Below, in pieces: positions 46,193 through 56,317 of a stretch of DNA of 64,000 nt. Both the position numbers and the translations under genes were made by a program. Under the pieces are notes generated by a model. It searched no databases, was not told the origin of the DNA, and saw only the letters and a list, made by a program, of their open reading frames with translations. How positions within the stretch are numbered: the stretch's first letter is position 1; every line of letters begins with the position of its first letter. This DNA is from a bacterium (GTDB lineage: Bacteria > DRYD01): contig JAOABG010000001.1 in the NCBI GenBank assembly GCA_026418475.1, positions 7,342 to 71,341 on the forward strand. Direction: 5' to 3'.

Positions 46193-47052
46193 AGAATATT
46201 AAACAACCCAAAAGAAATAAAAAAGATACCAAAAAAGAAAGTAAGAAAACTCTACAACTTAATGATAGTCTGAGGATTTCCAAGAATAAATCCAAAAATG
46301 TATCAAAAAATGTTCCATCGACTACAAAATCCATAGTTACTCATAAAGAAGAAAAAAATAAATCTAACGATAAAGAATTGATATATAAGTTCTTATATTC
46401 AAATCCATATTTCAAAGAATTGGACAAAAAGAAATTGTTATCTATAGTAGAATCGTCAAAAATTAAAAATATAAGGAAAACTATAAAGTTATCCAGCGAA
46501 GGATTGAATACCAGGAAGTATAAGTTTTTATTCAATTATTTTTGCTTTGTTAAATTGAATCTGGCTTTCTTTTTGATTGAAAATAACTACAAAAAGATTG
46601 TTATTGATGTTTTCTATCCTAATCATATGATTGATATGGGAGTTATTAATATTGTTCCTGAATGTTTTTTAGTTGTTCCTCGTGGAACTAAATTAATATT
46701 GGTTCCTTATAATCAAGAAACAGAAGAAATATTAAAAAAATATACTGCAGATCAAGAAAGAAAAAAAATGAGAGAATACTATGTTGAATTGATAAACTAT
46801 AAATCTCTTGATAGTATAAATAGGTTAATATATTTTCTTGTTAAGTATGTCAAAAAAAATAATAATTGGGATGAGTTGTTAATAGATAACAAAAAATTGA
46901 TATCCTATATAACTGGTAATTCTCATGAGGTTATAGTGAGGAATTTTAAAAAACTGCAGAAAATGAATTATATCCAAATACAGAATGGAAAAGTAAAGAT
47001 AAATTCCCAGAGATTAGAACAGTGGATAAAAAATTCAAAAATAATAGTTTAG
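46189..47052 (+). CDS. Crp/Fnr-like regulator (cNMP-binding-like beta-barrel + C-terminal HTH) with a Lys-rich N-terminal extension
   Basis: C-terminal 'LISYITGNSHEVIVRNFKKLQKMNYIQIQNGKVKI' resembles the Crp HTH. Central 'FKELDKKKLLSIVESSKIKNIRKTIKLSSEG' resembles a cNMP-binding fold. The first ~60 aa are K/S/N-rich. Confidence 0.4.
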   Translation: MKNIKQPKRNKKDTKKESKKTLQLNDSLRISKNKSKNVSKNVPSTTKSIVTHKEEKNKSNDKELIYKFLYSNPYFKELDKKKLLSIVESSKIKNIRKTIKLSSEGLNTRKYKFLFNYFCFVKLNLAFFLIENNYKKIVIDVFYPNHMIDMGVINIVPECFLVVPRGTKLILVPYNQETEEILKKYTADQERKKMREYYVELINYKSLDSINRLIYFLVKYVKKNNNWDELLIDNKKLISYITGNSHEVIVRNFKKLQKMNYIQIQNGKVKINSQRLEQWIKNSKIIV

Positions 47053-48395
47053 TTATTATATTCATTATAATTTTTATTATTGGTTTTTCATATACAAGTG
47101 ATATTATTGATAAAGTTAATGATTTAATAGAATCTAAACAATTTAGTAAAGCTATCAAGATTTTGGAGGAAAATAAACAAAAAATTGGAATTGACTATTA
47201 CATCAGTTTATCTATCATTTATGCTCACACCAATTCAGATTATAATTCTGTTTTGAAGGAAGCTAAAAGGGTTTTTGTAGATTCTGAAAAGAATACTTCT
47301 AAGAAAGACAGAAACTTTTCTAAAATACTGTACTGTTATGGTTATATTGAGTATTATGTAAATCTTAATATATATAATGCTGAGGTTTTTTTGAAGGAGT
47401 CTCTTGCTTATGACCAAAATAATGAAAAGGCTATGATAGTGCTTGCACAGCTATATTATGATAAATTTGAGACTGAAAAATCTGAAGAGCTGCTTGATAA
47501 AACCTTTGAAATTCTAAAAACAAAGAACATCGTTAATGAAAATTTTTTGAAGATTTATAATCAAATACTTTTTGATAATAAAAGATATTCCAAGATAATA
47601 AAGCTGATGAAGCCTTATTTACAGAAATATGATATTGTTAAGCTGTTTTATGCTAAATCATTAGCTTTCAATTCTGAGTATATTGAAGCCAACAAGGTTG
47701 TACGAGAGTTTCTATCTAAGAATAATGATAATCTGGAAGCTTACTATATTCTGGGGCTTACCTATAAGGACTCCAGAGTAAAATCAAGCGAAGGGTTGGA
47801 ACTAATAGAAAAACTCAATGAACAAAAAAATGACAGATATTATCTTAAGTTGGCACAATTTTATGAGGGATTAGGAGATATCAATATGGCTATTAATTAC
47901 TATGATAAAACCTTGAGCTTAAATAAAAATAATGACAAATATTATATTTTGGCAATAACTTATGCAATAGATACCGGATTTACTTCGAAAGCTATAAATT
48001 GGGCTTTGGAGTATTACAATAAGAAACCCAAAGATTTTTATGCAAACCTCTTTCTGGCAATGTGTTACGAATACCAAAAACAATTTGAAAATTCTAAAAA
48101 ATATTATTACCAAGCCATAGATATTGATCCTACTAAATATGAACCTTATGTTCGTTTGGCTTGGATAGTTCTTGAGCAAGAATCGGATTTTAATACCTGT
48201 GCAGAGATACTTCTAAAAGGATATGGCAATTCAAAAGATGTCTATTACAAAAACAGGTTTAAAAAATCTCTAAAAGATCTCTTAGATCTTGAGAGTGAAT
48301 TTAGAAAAAAATATAAAGAAAGAACCAATCAGGATATATCCAAAGGTATAAAACAAGAACTTAGAGAACAAATAATGAAAATAATAAACGGTTAA
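47022..48395 (+). CDS. TPR-repeat protein with N-terminal signal or anchor
   Basis: 457 aa; multiple 34-aa TPR-like units ('AYYILGLTYKD', 'LAQFYEGLGDINMAINYYDKTLSLNKNN'). Confidence 0.6.
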   Translation: MDKKFKNNSLVIIFIIIFIIGFSYTSDIIDKVNDLIESKQFSKAIKILEENKQKIGIDYYISLSIIYAHTNSDYNSVLKEAKRVFVDSEKNTSKKDRNFSKILYCYGYIEYYVNLNIYNAEVFLKESLAYDQNNEKAMIVLAQLYYDKFETEKSEELLDKTFEILKTKNIVNENFLKIYNQILFDNKRYSKIIKLMKPYLQKYDIVKLFYAKSLAFNSEYIEANKVVREFLSKNNDNLEAYYILGLTYKDSRVKSSEGLELIEKLNEQKNDRYYLKLAQFYEGLGDINMAINYYDKTLSLNKNNDKYYILAITYAIDTGFTSKAINWALEYYNKKPKDFYANLFLAMCYEYQKQFENSKKYYYQAIDIDPTKYEPYVRLAWIVLEQESDFNTCAEILLKGYGNSKDVYYKNRFKKSLKDLLDLESEFRKKYKERTNQDISKGIKQELREQIMKIING

Positions 48396-48408
48396 AGGAG
48401 GACAAAGG

Positions 48409-49578
48409 ATGAATTTATATGAATACCAGGGTAAAAAACTTTTTCAAAAATATGGTATACCTACTAATCAGGGTATATTAATAAAAAAAGACCAGGAAAA
48501 TGATTATATATTTTTTCAGGAACTACAGCAACAATTGAAGTATCCGGTTGTTATTAAAGCTCAAGTTAAAGTTGGTGGAAGGGGAAAAGCCGGTGGTATA
48601 AAAGTCGCACATAATAATGAAGAGTTTATGAAATATACAAAGCAAATATTTAACATGGAAATAAAAGGCGTTAAAATAAAAAAGTTATTGATAGATGAAT
48701 ATTTTCCCGTAGAACAGGAGTTCTATATGAGTTTTATAATAGATAGATCTTCATCTATGCCACTGTTTATTTTCTCTCCTGCAGGTGGTGTTGATATAGA
48801 AGAGGTTGCAGAAAGCCAACCAGAAAAAATATCAAAAGAATGTCTAAAAAATCTGGATTTATTTGAATTTCAGATAAGGAATGCCATACTAAGGGTATAT
48901 AACCAAAATATGGATTATGTTAAACAGATGGAGTTAATTGCAACCAGATTATACAGGTTATTCAAGGAGAACCACTGTGTTTTAGCCGAGATAAATCCTC
49001 TTGTTGTTTCTGGTTCAAAGTTATTGGCTTTGGATTCAAAGATTATTTTGGATGAGAATGCTCTTGAGTTCATAGAAGATGAGCTGGAAGAAGATGAGGA
49101 GAGATCCCTTTTAGAAGAGGAGGCTAAGAAGCTGGGGTTGGCTTATGTTGAACTGGATGGTGATATTGGGGTGATAGGTAATGGTGCAGGTTTGGTTATG
49201 TATACAATAGATTTAATAGGTTTATTTGGTGGTAAAGCAGCAAACTTTCTTGATATTGGTGGTGGAGCTAGAGCAGAGAGAGTTAGACACAGTGTCAGTT
49301 TAGTTCTAAAGAATCCGAAAGTTAAGGGATTATTTATTAATATATTTGGTGGTATAACGAGATGTGATGAAGTTGCCAATGGAATTATTGAGGCTTACAA
49401 TGAAAAACAGTATAATGTTCCATTGGTTGTTAGGCTTCAGGGAACTAATTATGAGGAAGGTAAAAGGATATTGGAAAGACTGAAAGAAAGAATAAATTTT
49501 GAAATTACCGATTCTGCTGAAAAGGGTGCTCAGATTATAACTTCAATTGTTAAGGGGAACAGAGATGAACGAATTTGA
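48409..49578 (+). CDS. sucC: Succinyl-CoA synthetase beta subunit (ATP-grasp + CoA-ligase domain)
   Basis: 'MNLYEYQGKKLFQKYGIP', 'VVIKAQVKVGGRGKAGG', 'GNGAGLVMYTIDLI', 'GGITRCDEVA'. No sucD follows. Confidence 0.75.
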   Translation: MNLYEYQGKKLFQKYGIPTNQGILIKKDQENDYIFFQELQQQLKYPVVIKAQVKVGGRGKAGGIKVAHNNEEFMKYTKQIFNMEIKGVKIKKLLIDEYFPVEQEFYMSFIIDRSSSMPLFIFSPAGGVDIEEVAESQPEKISKECLKNLDLFEFQIRNAILRVYNQNMDYVKQMELIATRLYRLFKENHCVLAEINPLVVSGSKLLALDSKIILDENALEFIEDELEEDEERSLLEEEAKKLGLAYVELDGDIGVIGNGAGLVMYTIDLIGLFGGKAANFLDIGGGARAERVRHSVSLVLKNPKVKGLFINIFGGITRCDEVANGIIEAYNEKQYNVPLVVRLQGTNYEEGKRILERLKERINFEITDSAEKGAQIITSIVKGNRDERI

Positions 49579-50014
49579 GAAACTTTTGATCCCATTTGAA
49601 AATGAGGTGGTTAGTCTGTTGAAATTTTACAACTCTAATTCTTATAGTCCATATTCTAATTTTAAGGTTTCTTCATGTTTGGTAATTAGAAAACAGGATA
49701 AGATACATTATATTGGAGGTTCTAACGTGGAAAATTCTTCATATGGTTTGAGTATCTGCGCTGAAAGGAATGCCGTTTTTAAGTGTATTTCTGAGGGGTT
49801 GGCTCCAAGGGATAATGAAGTTTCTTGGTTATTTATAGCTCTATTTGTTCCTGTAAAAAATTTTGTATCTCCTTGTGGGGCCTGTAGGCAGGTAATATCA
49901 GAATTTATTGAAGATATACCTATTGTTATCTATAATCAACAATTTCAAAAAAAAATTGTATTGTTGAATGATATATTCAAGGAGAAGTTTTCTCCTAAGG
50001 ATTTAAAAAAATAA
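49565..50014 (+). CDS. cdd: Cytidine deaminase
   Basis: 'CAERNA' and 'PCGACRQ' zinc-ligand motifs. The start was moved to the ATG at 49565 (MNEFEKLL), reducing the overlap with sucC. Confidence 0.75.
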   Translation: MNEFEKLLIPFENEVVSLLKFYNSNSYSPYSNFKVSSCLVIRKQDKIHYIGGSNVENSSYGLSICAERNAVFKCISEGLAPRDNEVSWLFIALFVPVKNFVSPCGACRQVISEFIEDIPIVIYNQQFQKKIVLLNDIFKEKFSPKDLKK

Positions 50015-50015
50015 A

Positions 50016-51410
50016 ATGGAAAGGATAATAGTTATGTCGAGAATAGTTGTAATGGCTTTTATATTTATATTTTGTTTTGTGTTTACCAAAGAAAAGATTA
50101 AAGTTTATTCATATATAACCCATTTTGAAATTTACTCGGTAATTGCTGAGCATATTGATAGATATAAACAATCCAAAGTTCTTTCTCTATTTGATGTTAA
50201 TTACCATAATGTTGATAACATAATGGATTTGAGAAATGTTCTAAAAGATCAAAATGATGATATTGATATATTGATTGTTCCTGTGCAGATTAGGAAAGTG
50301 GTAGAAGAGTATAAGAGAGTGAGATTTTGGGATGAATATTTTAAGAACACTCCGACATTTTTTGCTGTCTTTAAGACCTACACTTTTGATTTCATGAAGG
50401 ATTTAAGTTATGTTAATAACAGTGTTGAGTTTTTGCCATTTTTTGCTTATTCTTTTTATTATAAAGAATTATTTCCAAGTGTCAAAAATCTCAATATTAT
50501 TGAGTTTCTTGCTGTTTATAACGGTCTTATAAACACAACAGATTATGTTAATTTTTATAATAATTATCTAAAGAATATGAAAATAAAATCTCATTTGTAT
50601 TCTTTGATTGGGAGTGTTAATGATGATGGTGCAAAAATTTTCTCCATAAAAGATAATTTTATCCAGATGGATAGCCCATTTGTATTGTATGGTATATTTT
50701 TGACAAGTGATCCCCAGAATATTAATAAAAGAAGAGCTATTGACTTTTTGGCCACCAAAATTTGGGATTTTGAGACTCAAATTGATCTGTGTTTAAGGGT
50801 TGGTGTTTTGGGATCTGATAAAAATACCACTCTTCACCCAGAATTTATACAAAAATTAAAAGATAAAAAATTCTCTCTTCATTATAATAATCAATTGGGA
50901 AAAATAAAAAAATATAAAATGGATTATGATTTATTCTATAATTTTTATAATAATATGTTTACACAGGAAGATTTTGGTAATTCTATTTTTTACTTACAAT
51001 CTTATATGACATCATTTCTTTACAATACTGAACTTTTGTATTCTAATTATCATGATTTAATCGTAAAAAACAAATTTAAAAACTATTTAATAGGGATATT
51101 TAATAATGAAGAAAAAAATAAAATTGAAAAGTTTATTTATACTCCAGAATTTGTTAGGAAAACCTTTAAAGTTTTTGAGAAAAAAAGGGTTGATAAAAAT
51201 AAAGAAATAAAGGAGTATTCATCTAAATCAGTTTATGATATAGCTTTTTTAATTTTAAAAGAAGATAAAAGATTGAAAGATTTGGAGAAATACAATTTAA
51301 AGTATCAAAAGAGTGATTTGATTACTCTTGTTCATGAAGGTAAAGACGGTAAAGTTTTATTTATGAAAAGGAAGACTCCTAAGTATTCCATTGTTATTAT
51401 AGCAGAATAG
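50016..51410 (+). CDS. Hypothetical secreted protein
   Basis: 464 aa, N-terminal signal or TM; no recognisable domain. Confidence 0.4.
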   Translation: MERIIVMSRIVVMAFIFIFCFVFTKEKIKVYSYITHFEIYSVIAEHIDRYKQSKVLSLFDVNYHNVDNIMDLRNVLKDQNDDIDILIVPVQIRKVVEEYKRVRFWDEYFKNTPTFFAVFKTYTFDFMKDLSYVNNSVEFLPFFAYSFYYKELFPSVKNLNIIEFLAVYNGLINTTDYVNFYNNYLKNMKIKSHLYSLIGSVNDDGAKIFSIKDNFIQMDSPFVLYGIFLTSDPQNINKRRAIDFLATKIWDFETQIDLCLRVGVLGSDKNTTLHPEFIQKLKDKKFSLHYNNQLGKIKKYKMDYDLFYNFYNNMFTQEDFGNSIFYLQSYMTSFLYNTELLYSNYHDLIVKNKFKNYLIGIFNNEEKNKIEKFIYTPEFVRKTFKVFEKKRVDKNKEIKEYSSKSVYDIAFLILKEDKRLKDLEKYNLKYQKSDLITLVHEGKDGKVLFMKRKTPKYSIVIIAE

Positions 51411-51412
51411 GA

Positions 51413-52324
51413 ATGCAAAATTTGAAGAATATAATGATTGTTTCAATAGCAGCTATTTTTATAGAGACTATCTTAATTTATTTATATTTTCTAATTTTTT
51501 TTGATTATAGATTGAATTCTTATTGTAGAGGTATGGCTGAACATTCTCTAAAAAGATTGGATTATAATATTTCTAAATCTCATATTAAACCTATGATCAT
51601 GTGTATAAGGGATTACATTTCTTGGGGCGGAAGCTATCAAAATTTGGTGTTCAGAAGGGAAAAAATAGAGGAGATTTTAAAAAATAATTTTCTAACTTCC
51701 GATGCCTATTATTTAGCAAAAGCCACTTTGGATGAACAAAATAGGCCTTTCTATCTAAGAAATGCTAAATTAAGTAATGATATTTACATTAAGAATATTT
51801 CAACTGTTTATTACTATACACAAGTAAGCAAAGAGGTTTCGCAAGCTTTTGGTGAAAGCTTTAAGGAATTATTGAAGAACATCCCTTCTAATTACAAATG
51901 GATTATTGATTTACTTCAACAGCCAACTATGAAGTTTGCAAGGGATTACATTATAAACAAGTTAAAGGAGGCTTCTAAAGTATCTACCGATCCTATATTA
52001 ACTTCTTTTTGTATAGGATTATTGGTATCTCTCGATTACAGAGATGAGAAGTTTTATAATTATTTTCTTGGTTCTTCTTCTCCGATTGTTTTTGTAACAT
52101 CTACTGTTGGTCTTTATATAAGTGGTAGAAGTTCAAAATTGGTTGAACATGAAAAATATTCGTACTTTGTTTTTAATAAGCCAGATCTTTATAGATATTA
52201 CAGTGTTTTATTAATATTAAAATATACAAATATTTATCCGGATATTTATTTGAAATTAATGAATTTTGATGTTTTGAATGATTATAAAGAAGTAGCTATT
52301 TGTATTGTTATGTTGCTGAATTAG
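51413..52324 (+). CDS. Hypothetical membrane-anchored protein
   Basis: 303 aa; N-terminal TM; unknown. Confidence 0.4.
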   Translation: MQNLKNIMIVSIAAIFIETILIYLYFLIFFDYRLNSYCRGMAEHSLKRLDYNISKSHIKPMIMCIRDYISWGGSYQNLVFRREKIEEILKNNFLTSDAYYLAKATLDEQNRPFYLRNAKLSNDIYIKNISTVYYYTQVSKEVSQAFGESFKELLKNIPSNYKWIIDLLQQPTMKFARDYIINKLKEASKVSTDPILTSFCIGLLVSLDYRDEKFYNYFLGSSSPIVFVTSTVGLYISGRSSKLVEHEKYSYFVFNKPDLYRYYSVLLILKYTNIYPDIYLKLMNFDVLNDYKEVAICIVMLLN

Positions 52325-52327
52325 TTT

Positions 52328-53992
52328 ATGAATGATATAATTCTTCAGATAAAAAAAACAGTCAATTATCGAGATTTTTTTAATAATTTTTTAAAATTGA
52401 AGAAGGTTGGATCTACCCATATGGCTGTTTGCCCATTTCATCCTGATTCCCAACCTTCAATGTCTATTGATTTGGATAAAGGTTTGTGGTATTGCTTTGG
52501 ATGTAATAAAGGTGGTGATATTTTCAATTTTGTTATGGAATTAGAGAACTGTTCTTTTTATGATTCTGTGAAATTTATTGCCGATATTCTTTCTATTGAC
52601 ATTCAGAAAGATTCCGGGGCTTTGAAAAGGGTTAATTGGGGAAACATTAATCATGAACTTTATAAGGTATTGGCAGATTTTTATCATAACATTTTACTTA
52701 AATCTTCTATTGGATCGAAAGCAAGGGATTATTTAAGTGATAGAAAGATAACACTTGAAGTTATTCAAAAATATAAACTTGGTTATTGTCCTAAGAATGT
52801 GGAAAATTTGAAAATTTTTTCCCAAAAGAAGGGTATAAAAATGGAGGAACTTTATGAATATGGTGTGTTATATAAAAAGGGTAAAGAGTTTTATGAAATA
52901 CTTGCTGGGAGAATAGTTATTCCTATTTATGCTACAAATGGAACGATAATAGGTTTTTCAGGTAGAGAAATTGATGATTCCAAGATAAAATATATCAATA
53001 CAATTGGTTTAGTTAAAACAAATACTTTGTATGGTATAAATATTTCTAAGAATTCTATAAGGTCTAATAGAGTTGCTTTTTTGGTTGAGGGGTATTTTGA
53101 TGTTTGGGCTTTATATTCATGTGGATATGAAAATTCTGTTGCATTGATGGGAACATCTATATCGGATAAACAAATAGATATAATAAAGAAATATACTGAT
53201 GGAGTTGTGTTATTTATGGATTCTGATAAATCTGGCCAGGACTCAACTATAAATAATATAATAAATTTGGTTTCCCATGGTTTAAGTGTGAAAATAGCAG
53301 TGGTAAGAGAATATAAGGATCCTCATGAGACTTATCTAAATAATCCTGATATTATAAAAAATATAAATCAGTTTATTTTGGAAGATATAACATATATGAT
53401 AGGTTGTTACGTTAGTCAGACTGATATCCATCAAAAGCAGAGATTTCTTGAGAGATATGTTGTACCTTTTCTGAAAGCTATTAGAAAGAAAGTTATAAGA
53501 GATGATTATATTAAAAGGTTTTCTTTGGACACTTCTGTTAGTTATAAATATTTAACTAAAGTAATGTTTGGATATAGTAAACAGATTTCCGAAGAGGAGG
53601 AGGTTATAAAAAAGTATGGCTTGGAGACTTATGTTTTAGTTTTTGCATTAATAAATTTTGATCTTTTCAAAAAGTTCTATGAAAACATTGATTTTGATTT
53701 ATTTAAACAAAAGGATATAGCATCAAAATTGTTTAAATATTTAGTAGAGTGCATGAAAGAAAACGTTGATCCTAGTGAGTATATACTTCATGAATTAGTC
53801 TTAACAGAAGTGTTAAAGATTGTTGTTAAAGTTTCTATTAATTTAGATATTTCACAAAAGGAGTCATATTTTAAGAGGTTAATCAACAATTTGTATAAAA
53901 AGGTTTTGATGCTGGAGTTAAAGGATTCAATGAAAAGGGGAGAGTATGAGAAGACAAGGGAGATCCAGGAAAAACTCAGAAAATTTGCCTAA
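52328..53992 (+). CDS. dnaG: DNA primase
   Basis: CHC2 zinc finger 'CPFHPDSQPSMSIDLDKGLWYCFGCNKGGD', TOPRIM 'VEGYFDVWAL ... FMDSDKSG'. Confidence 0.85.
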   Translation: MNDIILQIKKTVNYRDFFNNFLKLKKVGSTHMAVCPFHPDSQPSMSIDLDKGLWYCFGCNKGGDIFNFVMELENCSFYDSVKFIADILSIDIQKDSGALKRVNWGNINHELYKVLADFYHNILLKSSIGSKARDYLSDRKITLEVIQKYKLGYCPKNVENLKIFSQKKGIKMEELYEYGVLYKKGKEFYEILAGRIVIPIYATNGTIIGFSGREIDDSKIKYINTIGLVKTNTLYGINISKNSIRSNRVAFLVEGYFDVWALYSCGYENSVALMGTSISDKQIDIIKKYTDGVVLFMDSDKSGQDSTINNIINLVSHGLSVKIAVVREYKDPHETYLNNPDIIKNINQFILEDITYMIGCYVSQTDIHQKQRFLERYVVPFLKAIRKKVIRDDYIKRFSLDTSVSYKYLTKVMFGYSKQISEEEEVIKKYGLETYVLVFALINFDLFKKFYENIDFDLFKQKDIASKLFKYLVECMKENVDPSEYILHELVLTEVLKIVVKVSINLDISQKESYFKRLINNLYKKVLMLELKDSMKRGEYEKTREIQEKLRKFA

Positions 53993-55004
53993 AAAAAATA
54001 TTGTTAATTATGATAATATTGATGTTGAGAATTTATATCTAAAAATTAAGATTGGTTCTTTTAGTGATTATGGTTGGGCTCTTGAAAATTATAAAAACTT
54101 TAAAAATATATCCAGAGAAGAGGAATTAAAAATAATTAAGGAAGCTAAAGGTGGCAGAATGGAAGCCAAAATTATACTTATTTCTCTTGTTTTCCCATAC
54201 ATTATAAAAATTTATAGAACTTTGGTTAATGCTAAGGGTGATTATTTTGATTACATTTCTGAAGGAATTGCTGCTGCTCTGGAAGCTATCCAACGTTACG
54301 ACCTGACAAAATATGATGTCAGGTTTTCTACCTATGCTGCCTATTGGATATACCATTCTTTAGTAAAGAATACCTATCAAGATACCACTGTAAGGGTCCC
54401 GTTATCTATCTATTCTGAGTACTCTAAATTTATTAGAGCTTATAATCAATATGTACATAAATACAATACTAAGCCTAGTTTGGTGGAATTAGTAGAATAC
54501 ATATATGGTGATGAGATAAAACAAAAAATAAAAAATGAAAATCCTCAACTTTCTGAAAAAGACGATATTTTCAAAAAGATATATAATGTGAAAATGTCAG
54601 AATTAAAAGAGAAGTATTCTAGAATATCTGGATTTATGTCTCTCAAAAGTGAAATATCTTTGCAGGAGTTTAGGTTTTCTGATAGTTCAAGAACTGTTGA
54701 GGAATTTATTGAAAATAAATCATATGATGAGCCTGAATCCAATTTGAATCAGAGAACAATTAAAGAAAATATAATAAGAAGTATCATGAACTTTTTGGAT
54801 GATGAAGAAAAAATAATTATACTTGAATACTATGGTTTATTGGATAGTAACAATAAAACACTTGAACAGATAAGGGATATAATATTTTCTGTTTTTGGCA
54901 AGAAATATTCAAAGGAAAGAATAAGGCAGAAACTTAAGACAGCAAACTTTAAGTTGAGAAAATTATTGTCTAAAGAAATGGAAGAATTATTAAGGGAGGT
55001 ATAG
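53946..55004 (+). CDS. sigA: Primary-type sigma-70 factor (divergent)
   Basis: Region 2 'DYISEGIAAALEAIQRYDLTKYDVRFSTYAAYWI', region 4 'KTLEQIRDIIFSVFGKKYSKERIRQKLKTANFKLRKL'. It follows dnaG as in the conserved dnaG-sigA operon. The start is ambiguous (47-nt overlap). Confidence 0.75.
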   Translation: MRRQGRSRKNSENLPKKNIVNYDNIDVENLYLKIKIGSFSDYGWALENYKNFKNISREEELKIIKEAKGGRMEAKIILISLVFPYIIKIYRTLVNAKGDYFDYISEGIAAALEAIQRYDLTKYDVRFSTYAAYWIYHSLVKNTYQDTTVRVPLSIYSEYSKFIRAYNQYVHKYNTKPSLVELVEYIYGDEIKQKIKNENPQLSEKDDIFKKIYNVKMSELKEKYSRISGFMSLKSEISLQEFRFSDSSRTVEEFIENKSYDEPESNLNQRTIKENIIRSIMNFLDDEEKIIILEYYGLLDSNNKTLEQIRDIIFSVFGKKYSKERIRQKLKTANFKLRKLLSKEMEELLREV

Positions 55005-55006
55005 AT

Positions 55007-56317
55007 ATGAATACTGTTTTAAGGGATCTGAAGGCTTTTTGGGTTCTTGATAGTAGGGCGAACCCTGCTCTTGAGGTTTGGGCTTTTGTTGAAAGGAATG
55101 GGAAAGTTTTTAGTGGCAGTTTCATTGTTCCTTCGGGAGCATCTACAGGAGAATTTGAAGCATTAGAACTAAGAGATTGTAGTCAAGAATTTCATGGCAA
55201 AGGATTAAATAAAGCTATACAATCTGTGTATTACATACGCGACCATTTTTTCAATACAGTTGTTGATGATTTGTTTTTGTTTGATAGGAAGCTTCTTGAC
55301 TTAGATGGTACCGATAACAAGAGTAAATTGGGAGCTAATGCTATACTCGGAGTTTCTATGAGTGTAGCCAAAGCTTTGGCAAACTCTTTCGATATGCCAT
55401 TTTTTAAGTTTCTCACTTTATTAACTGGTTCTAAGGATTATTATTTACCTGTTCCTTTTATGAACATAATTAATGGTGGTGTTCATGCTGATAACAAATT
55501 GGATTTTCAGGAGTTTATGATATGTCCAGTTTTTTTTGATAGTTTTTCGGATGCTTTGAAAGCGGGTAGTGAGATATACAATTCTTTGAAGAAAATTTTG
55601 AAAAAAGAGGGATATAGTATTTCTGTAGGTGATGAAGGAGGATTCGCACCCAATTTTTCCACTCCCTTTCAAGCTTGTGAATACATAATTAAAGCTATAG
55701 GTGATTGTGGGTATAATGATAGAGTTTTATTAGCTCTTGATGTTGCTGCTTCCTCAATGTTTGATAGTTCTAAAAATTTGTATAGATACTTGGATAATTT
55801 TATTTCTTCTGATGATCTAATGAGAATATATGATGATTTATTGTTGAAGTATCCTATTATTTCAATAGAAGATCCATTTGCTGAAGAGGACTGGGATTCG
55901 TGGGTTAAATTTACTGATAAATATGGCAGTAAGATTAACATCGTTGGAGATGATTTATTTGTTACGAATGTTAAAAGATTGTCTAAGGGGATAAAATTGC
56001 GAGCTTCTAATTCTATTTTGATAAAGTTAAATCAGATAGGGACTTTAACTGAAACTATAAGTTCCATAAATTTGGCAAAAGAGAATGGATTTTCTTCTAT
56101 TATTTCTCATAGATCTGGGGAAACTGAGGACAATACCATATCCCATATAGCTACCAATGTTGGTTATTCTATAAAAACTGGTGCTCCTGCAAGAAGTGAA
56201 AGAAACTCCAAATACAATGAGTTACGAAGAATAGAAGAGTTTTATAACATTTGCTTTGTTGGAGAAAAAGTTTTAGGTAAATTTTATGAGGATAGGGTTG
56301 TATCCAGGAACATTTAA
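55007..56317 (+). CDS. eno: Enolase
   Basis: 'VLDSRANPALEV', 'VPSGASTGEFEALELRD', 'SHRSGETED'. Confidence 0.85.
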   Translation: MNTVLRDLKAFWVLDSRANPALEVWAFVERNGKVFSGSFIVPSGASTGEFEALELRDCSQEFHGKGLNKAIQSVYYIRDHFFNTVVDDLFLFDRKLLDLDGTDNKSKLGANAILGVSMSVAKALANSFDMPFFKFLTLLTGSKDYYLPVPFMNIINGGVHADNKLDFQEFMICPVFFDSFSDALKAGSEIYNSLKKILKKEGYSISVGDEGGFAPNFSTPFQACEYIIKAIGDCGYNDRVLLALDVAASSMFDSSKNLYRYLDNFISSDDLMRIYDDLLLKYPIISIEDPFAEEDWDSWVKFTDKYGSKINIVGDDLFVTNVKRLSKGIKLRASNSILIKLNQIGTLTETISSINLAKENGFSSIISHRSGETEDNTISHIATNVGYSIKTGAPARSERNSKYNELRRIEEFYNICFVGEKVLGKFYEDRVVSRNI

